In this document: piece by piece, positions 1 through 13,667 of the stretch
How the letters are laid out: each line of letters begins with the position of its first letter
How positions within the stretch are numbered: the stretch's first letter is position 1
Source of the DNA: Octopus sinensis
Taxonomy: Eukaryota
Assembly: GCF_006345805.1 (NCBI RefSeq)
Contig: NC_043001.1
Coordinates: 94,860,001 to 94,924,000, forward strand
Direction: 5' to 3'
Length of the DNA stretch: 64,000 bases
Position numbers and translations under genes: made by a program
Notes under the pieces: generated by a model
The model's input: the letters and a program-made list of their open reading frames with translations, nothing else
Told to the model about the DNA's origin: nothing
Database searches by the model: none

Positions 1-112
1 TTTTTTTTCGTTACAATATACCAGTCTCGAAAACCATGACAGGGTGTCAATATAACCATTGAAATTGATTCAGCGTTCATGCCCACCACTTCTCTTGAAT
101 TATGGATCAAAT

Positions 113-262
113 TTCAGAGTTCAAATTTCCCGAAATTGTCTTTTAACTTTCTTCCGTTTGGGGTTCATGAAATAAATATCCGCTGAGCACTGGGGGTTGG
201 GGGCAATCTAATCGACTATTCCCCAAAATTTCAGGCTTTGTGATCAAAGTAGAAATGATGCC
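113..262 (+). mobile_element. SINE family A, degenerate partial copy
   Basis: GAGTTCAAATT (B-box-like) followed by decayed core and CCCCAAAATTTCAGGC tail; aligns by eye to copies at 3136 and 3727. Confidence 0.7.
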
Positions 263-1124
263 TATAAAGATTTTAAACACACATTCAAAATTAACAGCTA
301 TATTTATTGTACATCCTCTGTTCATAAATTTAGTTTTTTAAAACAATACTATGGCACAATTATTTAAAGTTGATGCGGAAGTTGTGGCGATGATAGATAC
401 ACACTTTCTTACACACCCTCGAACCCTCGCACTTATTGCGCCAGCGCACGCAATGTTTTTGCCAACTTTAAGGAAAAAACATATCAGTTGAAAAACAACA
501 CTCTTCTATATATTCATGAAATCTCATTTCATGACTTCATCTGACGGAATTCAGATTCCTGAATTGAATTCCAAGACTTTAAAAAATAAGTAAACCATAA
601 TGTGGAGTGACAAATCTGTTTGTATAGTATATTTTTATACACATATAAAAATATTAATACGAAGTCCGTTTCCTCTTCGTCCATAGAGACAAGAGATGTA
701 TTTTAATGTATCAATACAATGAAATAAATATATTTCTCTCTTAATTCTATAAAATATGATATTGATAAATAGAATGTTTCATACGACTCTAGAGGGAATA
801 ACTATAAAAGTGATGATATACAATTATTTCAAATGCGATTTTATATTTTAATATCTGTATAATATGTGTAGCAAAAGAATATACACACACGCACACGCAT
901 ACGCAGATATATATGGACACGCGCTCATATATGAGTACACATATTTATATACGTGTGTGTTTGTATGTGTGTGTTTACGTATAATAACATACATTGAGAA
1001 ATAGTGGACCACATGTGTTCATTGCAGGAGAATGACGGAGATCTCTTTGTATCCAAGTACAAGGCAATAGCAATTATTTACGTATATGAATGTATATGTA
1101 TTATATATGATTGTGTGGGTATAT

Positions 1125-1126
1125 GC

Positions 1127-1172
<46 letters not shown>

Positions 1173-1221
1173 ATATTTATATATACATTCAAACATACAT
1201 ATATGGGTGCATATACTTCTA

Positions 1222-1275
<54 letters not shown>
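1125..1275. repeat. (AT)n microsatellites
   Basis: Direct reading; source of the YI-repeat pseudo-ORFs. Confidence 0.95.
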
Positions 1276-1278
<3 letters not shown>

Positions 1279-3135
1279 TACAGCGAATGATTATGGGGAA
1301 TAATTTGGGAAGCGTCTAAAGTAATTAATATGGTGAGTGAAAAGTAATTCAATCATATACAACGGAAATCTTAATGAGCATTACATTCATTTGGTCTAAT
1401 GACATTCACTGGAACATAGAACAAACAAAAATAATCTCAATTTCGATTGAATAAAAAATTTCCATGGAGTTTAATAAAAAAAATACGTTTTTATACACTG
1501 TCACTGTTCTAAGGATATAAAAAAAAAAAATTTCTTCGGAAATGAAAGAAGTATATTGAGATAAACGCATTGTTTTTCAGAGTTTAATAAAAACGCAATG
1601 ACACGGAAACAAATACGATAGTTACGCAGTGACATCAGCAAGTGTTTATATGGGAGATATCGAACTGAAACAGAAACATTTAAGCATGATATATGGTAGT
1701 GAACAACGTAGTCAAAAAGATGTTACGACATGGATCATCATATTTCTTGAATCATCGGCAGCAGCATCTTGACCTACCCGAATCAATAAATCATATTCGT
1801 CTTTTGATAGTTAAATGTCAAATCTTTGGCCGCCATGACTGCTTATGATAGCAGAAGTTAGATAAGCAAAGAGTTTGATTCTAGCCCTTGACAGTTTGTT
1901 AAAAGTTCATCCCTTCAGCATCGATTCATATTCGTCATTCACCCAACAAACTGATTTGCTGAAATTGTTCACAAAGAACATGTTCCAACTTGTGATTTCA
2001 GTGTAACCCTGGCTCGGATGACTCCCAAGTGCAAAGCTTTGTAAATAGGTCATCGCGATTTAATCTGGTGCTGATCATTCCTATTTTCACTAACGATATC
2101 TATTTCCATGCTTACTAACCAATGGTTGGGACCTTGATATGTGATGCTATTCCAGGTCAAATAAGATGGAAGCAATATTGGTTAAGAACTGTTGTTAGAC
2201 TCCTCAAAACTCTGGATCACCCGAACCATGGCAGCTAAGATGCAGCTGCATTATATTGGTGTCTGATGATCGGAGAATACTTAAACTGCTGGGACCAGAA
2301 TATTTTCAGTAGAAATAAACCGTGTATTTATACGCGTATAGTTGGCAAGCTTGTAGAAGCATTCGCTCGCACAATGATAAGCAATATTTCGTTTGTCTTT
2401 ACGCTCTAAGTGAAATTCCACCAAGAACGACTTGGCCTTTTTTTATCCTTTCGAAGTCGATAAACTAAGTAGCAGTTAGTCAATGGGGAAGATGTAATTA
2501 ATTAACCCCAACTTCTTCCAAAATATTATGCCCTAGTGTATATAGTGGAAAGCATTTAAACCCTTGTATGTGTATGGCTGTTTCTGTTTTATATTAGAAC
2601 AATCAACTTATCTTCAAACGACTTCTCATTTTGCAGAATTACATCATCTGTCAATTCAGGGTATTTCCAAAATGATATTTAGGGGCTACATATATGTGCA
2701 AAATGAGTAAATTTAAAATGAAATACTAATCGAGTTTAGACGGTTAATACACAGAATAATATTTAAACTCCTAAAAAATTGTTACTGAAATATAATAACT
2801 TGCTTGATAGCTCGCCCGTTACGCTTTATTTAAGAAGTGGAGAGGGAGTGAGTGAATGGTGGAGTACAAGTGTGTAAGAGTGAGAGTGGATCGTGAGTAG
2901 AGAAGAAAAAGTAAGAAGTACCATTATACACTACGACCAAGAGTATCCCGTAATGAGTTGAAGGGAGAAGTGAAAAGCGAGAGAAAAAGACGGTGAGAAA
3001 TAGGAGAGAGCGAGAGAGAAAGAGGGTGAAAGAAATATTAACGGTAGTGTGAGGAGGTAAATTAAAGAAAAAGCGTTATATTTAGGATACAGTATTCCGC
3101 AGAGGGTCATGTTCTGCTGGTGAGGTATTAACTAA

Positions 3136-3365
3136 GGCGGCGAGCTGGCAGAAACGTTAGAACGTCGGGCGAAATACTTAGCGGTATTTCGTCTGCTACA
3201 ACGTTCTGAGTTCAAATTCCGCCGAGGTCGACTTTGCCTTTCATCCTTTCGGGGTCGATAAATTAAGTACCAGTTACGCACTGGGGGTCGATGTAATCGA
3301 CTTAATACCTATGTCTGTCCTTGTTTGTCCCCTCTGTGTTTAGCCCTTGTGGGTAATAAAGAAAT
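3136..3365 (+). mobile_element. SINE family A, full length (tRNA-like head, CCTTTCATCCTTTCGGGGTCGATAAA core, tail type 1)
   Basis: A-box-like TGGCAGAAACG, B-box-like GAGTTCAAATTCC, conserved core shared by many copies in the window; ends GCCCTTGTGGGTAATAAAGAAAT. Confidence 0.9.
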
Positions 3366-3726
3366 TGGTATTAACTTCACCACCAGTGGAGAGAGGAGGC
3401 AGTTACATTAAGAGAGAAAGAGAGAGAGGAAGAGAGAGTGAGAAAGAAAGAGGGAGAGAGAGAGTAAGAGACAGAAAGGGGAGTGACAGGCTGATAGAGT
3501 TTGTATTGCCAGAGTAGAGATACATCGACAGCAAAAAAATTATATATAAGCAAACAGCTGAACTGAAAAGAAATGAAATCAGCTTTGTTGCAGAAAATAA
3601 TAGACATGATGATGATGATCATCATCATCATCATCAGGATTATTGTGATGGTGTTGGTCGTTGTATTGATAGTGGAAGGTATTTGGTTTCTATTGATCTA
3701 AATATGTAATATTATTCTACTACCAA

Positions 3727-3938
3727 GGCGGCGTGCTGGCAGAAACGTTAGCACGCCGGGCGAAATGCTTAGACATACTTCGTCTGTCTTTATGTTCTGG
3801 GTTCAAAATCTGGCGAGGTAGTTACCATTCAACCTTTCGGGGTCGATAAATTAAGTACCAGTTGCATACTGGTGTCGATCTAATCGACTGACCCCCTACC
3901 CCCCAAAATTTCAGGCCTTGTGCCTAGAATAGAAAAAA
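3727..3938 (+). mobile_element. SINE family A, full length, tail type 2
   Basis: Same head and core as 3136 copy; different tail CCCCAAAATTTCAGGCCTTGTGCCTAGAATAGAAA. Confidence 0.9.
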
Positions 3939-5291
3939 ACATTATCCTACCAGTTCGTAGAAGAATAATACTATAGTTTGTTAGAGACGAGAAGGAAGAG
4001 GAGCTTGAGTGAGAGAGAGTAGATAATTAGCCGATGCATTATAGTGTGGTTAATGGAAGTGACACATGAAGAGAAAGAAAGAAATGTCAAAATCTTGGAG
4101 AGGCGAATTACATGGTTACAAAGTTGTTAAATAATTGAAGCGAAAGAGAGAATTATAAAGTGCTTAGCAGAGGCAAAATTTAAAATCAAATAATACATTA
4201 TTGTAACTGGAAGTGAAATAACTAAGGAAAATGAAAATAATAATGCAAGCCATACTTACTGTCTTAAAGAGTTTCTTTCTCGTTCTGTGGAATTTCTACT
4301 GGTCCCACTAGTCTTAAACTAAATTAGCGAAACGTTATTCATCTAAGAATACTTGTACAATAGGAACTATCAACTAAATGTCTTTGCAATGATAACTGTA
4401 TACCAGCTATATTCTATTTTAAGCTGATAAACGATTCCTCAAGCTAACGATGCTGGTGATTGTCAATATAAATACTATGGTAGCCCTGATATTTATGGCA
4501 CAGTAAACAAAATTCTTTTGTTACATAATCTTCTTAATCACTACTTCAGTGTAATATGTTTTCCTCTACTCGAAGCAGTAATAGAGGTCTTGTGAAGTGA
4601 TGCCGTTTAACACCTCAATCTCCACCTCGTCTACACCTCCAAATTCCGTACCACAACTTACCATTACCTGTGATGACCTTCTTTCAGTGATTACATTGGT
4701 ATCCAGCTTTGTGAATTGAGAGGGCAATCAATCGTACGCTTTATCGCAAATTTCAATTTATAGCACGAGAATTCTGCAACAGTAGGTAATAACACGGTGT
4801 GCATCAGCTTTATCACATACTCACGCATACACACATACACATATAGGTAGATGTGTGAGTGTACGAGTAAATATCAAAATGCAATAAATAGAAAGAAATT
4901 AAAATACATTTCTCAGACAAGGATTTAACAGATTGCATTAAAATTTATATCACGACAATTTTAAAACTAGTTGTAAAATATAATGAAATGTATATTTATA
5001 GAAATGCCAAGGAAAACTACATAAACCTATAAACAAACCTGGAAGCGTCACGATATGAGAGATATGTATAAATAATTTACAAGTACGGAGAATAATATGT
5101 ACGTCTTTACACATTGAATGTTTTGTTATAACACCTCACGAAATTGCGTTGCACATCTTGAAAATCCATACTGCAAATACTTGCATATGCACGTATTTTC
5201 ACATTCGGATACATGCAGATGCCCGTAGGAGCACATAAAATATGTATAATTCCATAAACACACACGTCGTCATGCAAATGCAACCAAAGCC

Positions 5292-5445
5292 CGGGTGTAG
5301 CGTGGTAAGGAGCATATTTTTCAAATACATGGTACCGGTATGTGTCCCACTTCGTGGCAGACTGAGTGATTTCCTTCAACTATAGCCCTGTGTGTAGACT
5401 TCGTCGATGGAGTCTGAAAGAAGCTCGTCATGCGTATGTGCGTGT
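5292..5445 (+). mobile_element. SINE family B, degenerate 5' half
   Basis: Similar to 29656 copy (GTGGTAAG...CATGGT...CTATAGCC...CTGAAAGAAGC). Confidence 0.6.
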
Positions 5446-5736
5446 ATGTGTATGTGTGTGTGTGCATGTGTGTGTATGAGCATGTGTGTGTATGTGTATG
5501 TGGGTGCGTATTATTAGGTCGTCAAGTATGGAATTTGCAATAGGGTATATGGTAAAATTTGACAGTTACTCATTTTGCGCCATTATTATATTTTGAGAAA
5601 TTTTATATTTTGTTAGAAAGCTGACACGTCTATTTCTTTGTTCTAATTCATTTTGCGCTTTATTAAGTATTTATAAATCGTTTTTTTTTTTCCTATTTTC
5701 GTTTAGAGATGGATGACCAGAACACTTTTCCTCTAC

Positions 5737-6116
5737 TTATACCAGCTCGAGGCTTTCGCCAAGGACGACTGGGCGAACGTCCCCCAGAGGACACAAAGGA
5801 CGCTTGTGGACACGTAAAAGTATCGTCTAAAAGCAGTTATATATAAAAAAACAAAAGCTATGCTATTGATCATTAAAGAAAGATATTGGACAAAATAAAT
5901 CTCGGACACGAATACTGTTGAACATGAATTCTTTTGAAAAGCTATGAATAAAATACCAGTGAAATGAAGAATTTCTGGAATTGTGTATTGTTGTAATTCT
6001 TTCATTTGTTGGTCACATAAAACTAAAAAACAAATTTTGCAAAAGGCATTCGTTTCATCACAAAAATATAAAATTACAAAATTTAACAAGGGTATGAATA
6101 ACTTTGAGGACGACTG
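5737..6116 (+). mobile_element. Tc1/mariner relic: transposase C-terminus and right terminal repeat
   Basis: Translates LYQLEAFAKDDWANVPQRTQRTLVDT*KYRLKAVIYKK then KSYAIDH* after a frameshift, resembling Tc1 C-termini (EEWAKIP...RLKAVI..KG...Y*); ends GGTATGAATAACTTTGAGGACGACTG, Tc1-TIR-like. Confidence 0.7.
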
Positions 6117-6682
6117 TCTACATATATATTTAAGAAGAAAAGAAGATAAAATAGTGATAAGTAATTTAATAATTGTTTATTATTAACAAATTAGTCATCT
6201 AAGCTTCTTACAGTTGTTACAATTAATAGACACTAATTTAATTTTCAGGTTACATTTCCATTTATGTGACATCAGTAAAATTCCATCAAAGGAATAAAAA
6301 AGATGTACCTATCGATGTTATATGTGGTATTATCAATTCATTTCAGTCCACATAACGCAATATATAAAACCTACATCTCTTTTCATCGGATGATATTATA
6401 CTCATGTCATATAAATATAAATTTAATGTACAAAATTTGTTATTAGATTATTGAATATTAATTGAAAGAGCTGTAAGAAGCTAAGATGACTACTTTGTTA
6501 ATAATAAACAACCTTAACTTCTTTATCCCCATTTTCTTTTATTCTTTTAAATTTATATAAACTATATGCTTTATATATATCTATAGTTTTAAGGGAATTT
6601 CATTCCACCAAAATACGAGATATTGAACAAACATTTCCTTCAATATAACCGACCCTCTACGAAGTTAACATATCGTCTGATG

Positions 6683-6799
<117 letters not shown>

Positions 6800-6989
6800 C
6801 ACACACATGTATATAGATAGATAGAGAGGCAGACAGATACTGATATATAAATATACAATTAAAATCAACAGAAGCAGTGTCAGTATCAATAGTCTATATT
6901 TTCGACCTCTCACTGTATCAAAGCGGATGCAGTACTAGAACACAGAACAATGCTTTCTTTATCAAGTATTTAAACGCACTTCTACGTAT

Positions 6990-7090
6990 GTCATTGGCCA
7001 ACGATAACCGTCAGCTACACCCGCGGGAAGTGCGGATCAGGTGATTTCGCCATTTGTTGGGGTTATCAGTACAGAGAATCCCGGAAGCCA
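6990..7090. promoter_or_regulatory. Candidate CpG-rich promoter-like motif cluster
   Basis: ATTGG 6993-6997, GCGGGAAG 7023-7030, CAGGTG 7038-7043, CGCCATT 7048-7054, CCGGAAG 7081-7087 within ~100 bp. Confidence 0.25.
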
Positions 7091-8124
7091 CACAATGGTG
7101 GGAATCTCTATTTGGCTAAACACTATGTACTGTCGTCAATAAATCAACTTGCTCCATTACGAGTATTAACATTTCCTGTACACCTTTATTGTAATTGTAA
7201 GGCTTCCTCTTTCTCTTGTGTGTCTATGTTCATGTGCGCACGCTTGTGTATCATTTGATGTCTTGGAATAGTTTTAAATCTATTTAACTAATTATGCTGC
7301 TTTAACTAGAAAATCTTAGAGAAGCATCCGAGTTAATGATGAGTAATTATGCTGACTATTGTACCCATAGTTTCAATAAACTGTTTTCTCATAAGTTAGT
7401 ATATTTCTATTCTACAGTTAACTCTATACTTGCATTTCATAACTCGAAGATTGTGGAGCTACATACAACGAAATGTTCTAGTGAATACGGTTAAATAACA
7501 AACGAAATAGTTGAGAAATGTCACGGAAATGTCACGATTCGACTACTATATATCTCCATAATTTTAGTCCACTAAGAATGCAAATTTGTATCTTATTTGG
7601 TTTCGTCAACTGAAGACGACATTACTATATAATATGTTCAGGCAGATATTAATACGATTTAGTAATAGTGTGAGACTAGTAAGATATATAAATGAAGATA
7701 TTAACGAAATGATGTTAATTGTTTCAATATCTCCTGCAGCTACAAATTCAAATGCAAAAATATTTGATTCTTTCTCTGTAATCGGGAATGTGATGAAACG
7801 TTTAAGAACGAAAATTGGTTTAATCTTTGTCATTTGGTGTCCCTTGTCGTCTTCTGCTTAAGGATAGATTTTCTCAAAGCCGCGGGGTACAGAAAACAAC
7901 TTTCGCATTTAATGTTAGTAAAATTGTGAGTGGAAAAATCCGCCTTCCAGCCTCTAAAGAGGTAGCAATAATACGTATAATTTCAAGTTTAGGAAAAAAA
8001 ACCGAGCTGTCAGAATTATTTAAAACCTTGAACAAAATGCTGAATGGTATTTCAAAATTTCTGAATCCAAGTTCCTTAGAATTTAATCGTATCTTTCATT
8101 TTTTATGCCACGATGAAATAAATT

Positions 8125-8200
8125 ACAATCAGCACCGGTGCCGATGTAATCAAATAAACCCCTCTTCTTAAACTGCCGCACTTGTGTCAATATTTGAAAG
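8125..8200 (+). mobile_element. SINE family A, 3' remnant (tail type 3)
   Basis: GCCGATGTAATC core remnant followed by AAACTGCCGCACTTGTGTCAATATTTGAAA. Confidence 0.45.
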
Positions 8201-9039
8201 GAATATAAATTAAGTAAATATACAATGGGCAATGTAAGTGATACTTATATCTATATAACGTATAGCTATGTTATCAGATTTTCATTAGCTTGTTGCATTT
8301 GAAATATATTCTCCCACGTGACTCGCACGTTGCATTGTTTATCACTTATTCTAATGTATGATTTGCATGTATAAGCCTGAAATTATTTACCTGTAAAGCA
8401 TTTCAAAGTCCTGCCATTTCTAAAATTCAACAGGCATATTTTATGTATGCTTTGGCACGGGGCTTGACAAATGCACTTAAAATTGCTTAACAATTTGGAA
8501 ATATCATGTAAGAGCGCTTCTCGGTAATTCCTAACAGTACATGTAAGGGATTCCATTTAAGGGATTCCATTAATGAAAATGAAATATTAGTAAAGCGTTA
8601 GCTACACAAATGCGTCAAATCTATATTTAGTTCACATTTCGTTGTTTGCGTTTTTACGTTTCTCTTATCATTGGAATCCGCATGTTATTTAACGTATTTC
8701 AATCTGCGTGATACGCAAAGGACATAAAACAACGTAATTAACTCATATATCTGCATGTATACTGACAATTATATGTATATATGTTTATGAAATTGTGTTG
8801 CAAGATTCTTGATGAGAAGCCGTGTGTTGAAACAGATATTGTTGTATTTCGGGACGATTATTATTATTTTTTTGCTAAATTAACGCACGCACTATATATT
8901 CATTCCACACTTGTTTATTACAGCGACATTTACCGTGTTCGTGTGTGCTCTTGCACTGCAAATTCAATCTTTGTGCGTGTTCTGCTTGTTTTCTCTTCGT
9001 GTGTGTACTTGCTCTTCTTATTCCATGGAATAAGCAGAG

Positions 9040-9130
9040 CAAGGGCATACACTAAGATGGAAAAATGTTCCTGAGGATGTCACAGGTGAGTGACGAAAGA
9101 TTTCGGGACAATGGACATGATTTGGAATAA
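9040..9130 (+). mobile_element. Penelope-type terminal fragment with hammerhead-like motif
   Basis: CTGAGGA-T-GTCAC-loop-GTGAC-GAAA arrangement. Confidence 0.4.
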
Positions 9131-9919
9131 GAACATCAATAAACTAGTGAAGAACGAATATTTAATGCGTGTACACATGTGTGGGTGTATATATATATGT
9201 TCATGTATCTGTGAGTGTATGCACGCTTATTATGTAATAAGTGGTAAAATAACCCAAAACGGCGAATGACAAGCTACGCCAATGCTATTACGCTTTAATC
9301 GAATGGAATGTGTTATTGGCACTTCAACGCTAACACTTCATCAAAAACCCAATGAATGGAAAGAAAAAGTAAGGAGAAATGGAGAACAACAAGTGGCGGT
9401 AAAGAAAGAAATAAGGAGAAAACATCACAGAGAGGTAGGAATGCGTTTCATTGGAACGGAATTAAGAAAAGAGTCTGCCTGTTTTGTAAGGTATCCGTGT
9501 ATAGAGACGGGCATAGCAGGAGAATATATTGTGGGAGAAAAGCGTGGGCAGATGAAAGAAAATGTAGGAGAGTACTCTGAAGAAAGGAGCATAGCGAGAA
9601 ATATTGATAAATAAATGGAAGAAATATATATAAAATGATATCGCTGGTGGAAAGTGTGAAGATTATGTATTCAACATTTTGGAATGATATGAATTATTAC
9701 AAGGACATTTCCTCACTGTAAATTAAATATAGCCATGTCTGTATATATAAGGAAATGTTTGACAAATATAGTCTGTATTTTTTTCCTTTCTCCGTACATA
9801 AGTTTTTATAGTTAACCATTAAATGTTGCTGGCAATACATTAGATGATTCATCATATACGCTTAATTATAAAGTCTATAAATTTTCATCTGTTTATTTGA
9901 GTATTGGAAATATTGATTT

Positions 9920-10067
9920 CAAAGGCCAGCAATTTTGGAGGAGACTACATGTCATTTATCTCGACCCCAGTACTCGATTGATACTTAATTTATCGACCCC
10001 GAAAGGACGAAATGCAAAGTGAAACTCGGCGGAATTTGAACACAACGTGAAGACAGACGAAATGCCG
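9920..10067 (-). mobile_element. SINE family A, partial
   Basis: Reverse complement of core (TTTATCGACCCCGAAAGG) and B box (GGAATTTGAAC). Confidence 0.8.
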
Positions 10068-11287
10068 TCTTCACGTTGAATAAACAGACTATTAAAGAGA
10101 ACTCGCTAATATTTTCCGTGATATATAAATCTAATAATTAAAACGTTCCTACAACCCTCACCGCTTAAGTTTCCATAAACTTAGGTTTTAACAATCTCTA
10201 AAATGTTTATTTTCATTTTTATAAATATATACTTTGATAAATTTATCGTTTATCTTCGTATACAAAATACCACTCTCACATTATCGTGTTAGGTATTATT
10301 CCGTAGCTATTGGTTCTACCATTACCCTATAACTATATGGGTTGAATAAGTTCTGGTTGTGATGTAATGCGCCACGTTTCTTATACCTCATAACATTATA
10401 TTGTTCGCTTGTCATGGGGAGACCAGATAAAGCTTATGAAGGCCTGCATCTTTGTTCTGCCTGACATATTTGCCCCCAACACACATAAAATCCATTTATA
10501 ATGGGACCAAAGAATGTGAAAAAATTAGATTAAGATAAAGTAAGGCTATTTGACGGGAGTCTCAGACCTGTCTTTCCATAGCCACATGATAGTGACTACT
10601 GCACTAGTTCTTTATCAACTGTGTAAATTCTGACCCCGATATATATTTTTTTCTATAATATACATCTCCCCTAGACCACGTAAACATAATTGACATTTTG
10701 AGCCTACTCGTATACCTCTTCTCGTGTACAGGCATGAACATTTAGGTTAGGTAATCAGTGACCTTAAAATAGAAATACAACTGGTTATTTTACATTTTAT
10801 TCAACATGTTTACACTTTTACTTTCTGTATTCATGCCTTCACCCAGCCCAGTGTAATATATGATGCAGAGTCGACAGTGGATTATTATAATGTCAAGTCT
10901 GGTACAAGTATGAATTATGATTGTTACTTATGGTTACTTAACTATTTGATCGTTACATTAATTGTGTATAATTAACAAGGTGCATATGAACACAACCATG
11001 CAAACACTAAGAGATAAACATTTATTTTCTTGACAATATCTGAGTGCGAGATAAACATTTTATATTATACCTTTTGTCTTGTACTTGTTCTACTCATTTG
11101 GATTATGCCTGTTTGAAGGAAGCATCTTGGAAGGTTTAGTTGAATGCATCGACCCCAATACTTGGTTTTCAGAATCCTGGTATTTATTCTAGTGGCTGTT
11201 TTAGCTAAATTACAGGTACGTAGAGTAAGCAACAGCTATCTGTGGTGGGGACCTGGGACGAACATAGACTTTTTACTTACATACATG

Positions 11288-11456
11288 TATACGACGGAAT
11301 TGTTTCAGCTTTCGAGTACCAAATCCACTCATAAATTTTTGATCGGTCCGGTGTTATAGTAGAAAGCATTTGTCCAATGTGCCAGGCAGTGGGACTACAT
11401 CCAGAACCATGTACTTGGAAAGCAAACTTCTTATCACCCATCCACCATAGCGCCTT
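11288..11456 (-). mobile_element. SINE family B, 5' half
   Basis: Reverse complement of family B head (CCAAATCCACTC, GCAGTGGGACT, AGAACCATGT). Confidence 0.75.
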
Positions 11457-13553
11457 ATTTAATAAAACGTCACACAGGAGATACTCTGTGAGTTACCCTT
11501 TATCACCAGCCTCTTATTACTCATCTATGGAGTAGAAGGTTTTGGTATGATCTTAAACATTACAACATTGGTCTTAAGAATCACATTTACAAGGGCAATA
11601 ACAGTTCACAAAACATGGCAAGCCAGGATGTGCATAATCCGACTTTTACAAGAGGACTGGATAATCCTTAAAATACATGCCAGAGGGTATATAAATATAG
11701 TTTTTCTCTTTTATTTTTACTTTCACATTTGCAACATAGATTATATATGTCCATTTGTCCATTTATATATGTGCATGTCTGTGTATGTATGTGTGTGTGA
11801 ATATAATTGTGAAAACAAATTACCTAGTACTTTGTAGAAGACAGCCTGTATTAAATGCTGTTGATGAAAATGACTTGAAAATTTCTATATATTCGAATTC
11901 TCTGGGGTGTGAGTTCAACGATAACTAACAAACAAAAACATCGAAGTGACAATTAAACCTATACTTGTAAAACTTTAGCAGATATTTATGTGCAGTCGTG
12001 TATTTGAGCTTATGGAGATGTATAAGTAAACTTCACATAAGGCATGCGTATGTAGTTATCTTATAATGCCGGCTACGAACCTTAGATTATGATGATACGA
12101 TGCTGCAATACTCTATACGGACTCGAATATTTTACAAAGTCTATTACAAATATTCAGTGCAAACTGAATACAAAACAACATGGTATCCAAGAGAGACGTT
12201 CAGCTCATGTGAGCATAATCACTGTTTAATTATAAGGAGTAACATTTTCGGTAGAACTAGTCAAAGTGGTAACTATGCGGGTAGGTCGATTAAATTTATC
12301 ATAGTATATTAATGATAAATGTTTTTTCGATAACATATAAAACAAAAGGTTGCCCTTCGAAATAATATTCCTGTTATCTAACGCACATCAAAAATCAAAT
12401 GTTATACATAATACATTATTCATTATTTTCCTTTATATGTTCTCTTGTGAATAAGTGTACGATGATTTCACCTTAATTTTGATGCTTTTATTCAAGTTAA
12501 TAACCATAAATATTACAATTCTCGTATTTATTATGTAAAGAATAACTTTTTCAGAAACTAGTACTCTGTTTTTTTGTTTTTTTTTCTCTCCAGATTGCAA
12601 TCATTGTCAACAATATAATATTGTCGATAATATACAAGCTAAAATTCAAAGAAATCATTATTTTCCCCCATTCATGCCACTGTCTTGCTCGTATTCTTTT
12701 GTGAAAACATTCAATCTTAGCAATGAATACTAACCAACATATAATTCTAGCTAATGCATTGTTCTAATCTACCTCATTTAATATTTTTCTTTGTCTATTA
12801 TTCTTAGACATGTTTACTGCCAATTAATACAGGCTAGAAATTGTTCATGCTGCATGTAATATACGGCTTCAGCGCAAATGAATGGATGCTAACTAACGAT
12901 TCTTCAACCTACACGTTTGTTTTATTTCTTTTTTTTTTTTGTTAACAGTTTCCACGGATACAATGGCGTTGATATGTGTAAAATTATGTCAAATAATTTA
13001 ATTGTCGTATCGAATTTAATAGGAGTTTTTTTTTATATTGCTTTTGCTTTATTGGAATCAAGGAAAAAACGAAAAACATTATTATCATGCATGTGTAAAA
13101 CTTTCAACAGTAAGCAGTTATTAGAAGGCTTTGAATTATTTTAAAATTAAAATTTAAAGAAGAGAAATGCATTACCAATTAGAATTGAATCGATGCATTA
13201 TTTTCATATCAGAATAAATACTTGTTAATGGGCGATTATTTCCATATATGCAGGAAAAATGAAATCGATAATAATTCTGAGAATAAATTGAGCAAAATTT
13301 TGGAAGAAAATACTGATTGATTTTTATTGAATGTTAAGTCCGAAAAATGTCACTATCGCTGAAGAAAGATGCACGATAGAATAAGTATATAAATATACGT
13401 TAATACACAAACAAATATATACGCACACGCAGACACACGCATAGATGCTGAACACATACACACACTTCCAAAAAATAAAAAAAGAAACATCTATGCTGAA
13501 TATAATACTACATATATCATATTCACTTACACGTACATACATACTCTTCTATT

Positions 13554-13559
<6 letters not shown>

Positions 13560-13633
<74 letters not shown>

Positions 13634-13667
13634 GTGTGTGTGTGTGTGGTGTGTGTGTGTGTGTGTG
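13560..13667. repeat. Compound (AT)n(GT)n microsatellite
   Basis: Direct reading. Confidence 0.95.

Noticed and set aside
514-572. Two short adjacent palindromes (TCATGAAAT/ATTTCATGA; GGAATTCA/TGAATTCC)
   Set aside because: 8-9 bp AT-rich stems can arise by chance in 64 kb.
12594-12733. Exon after the strong acceptor TTTTTCTCTCCAG
   Set aside because: No frame-compatible donor and no recognisable domain; polypyrimidine runs are common in this DNA.
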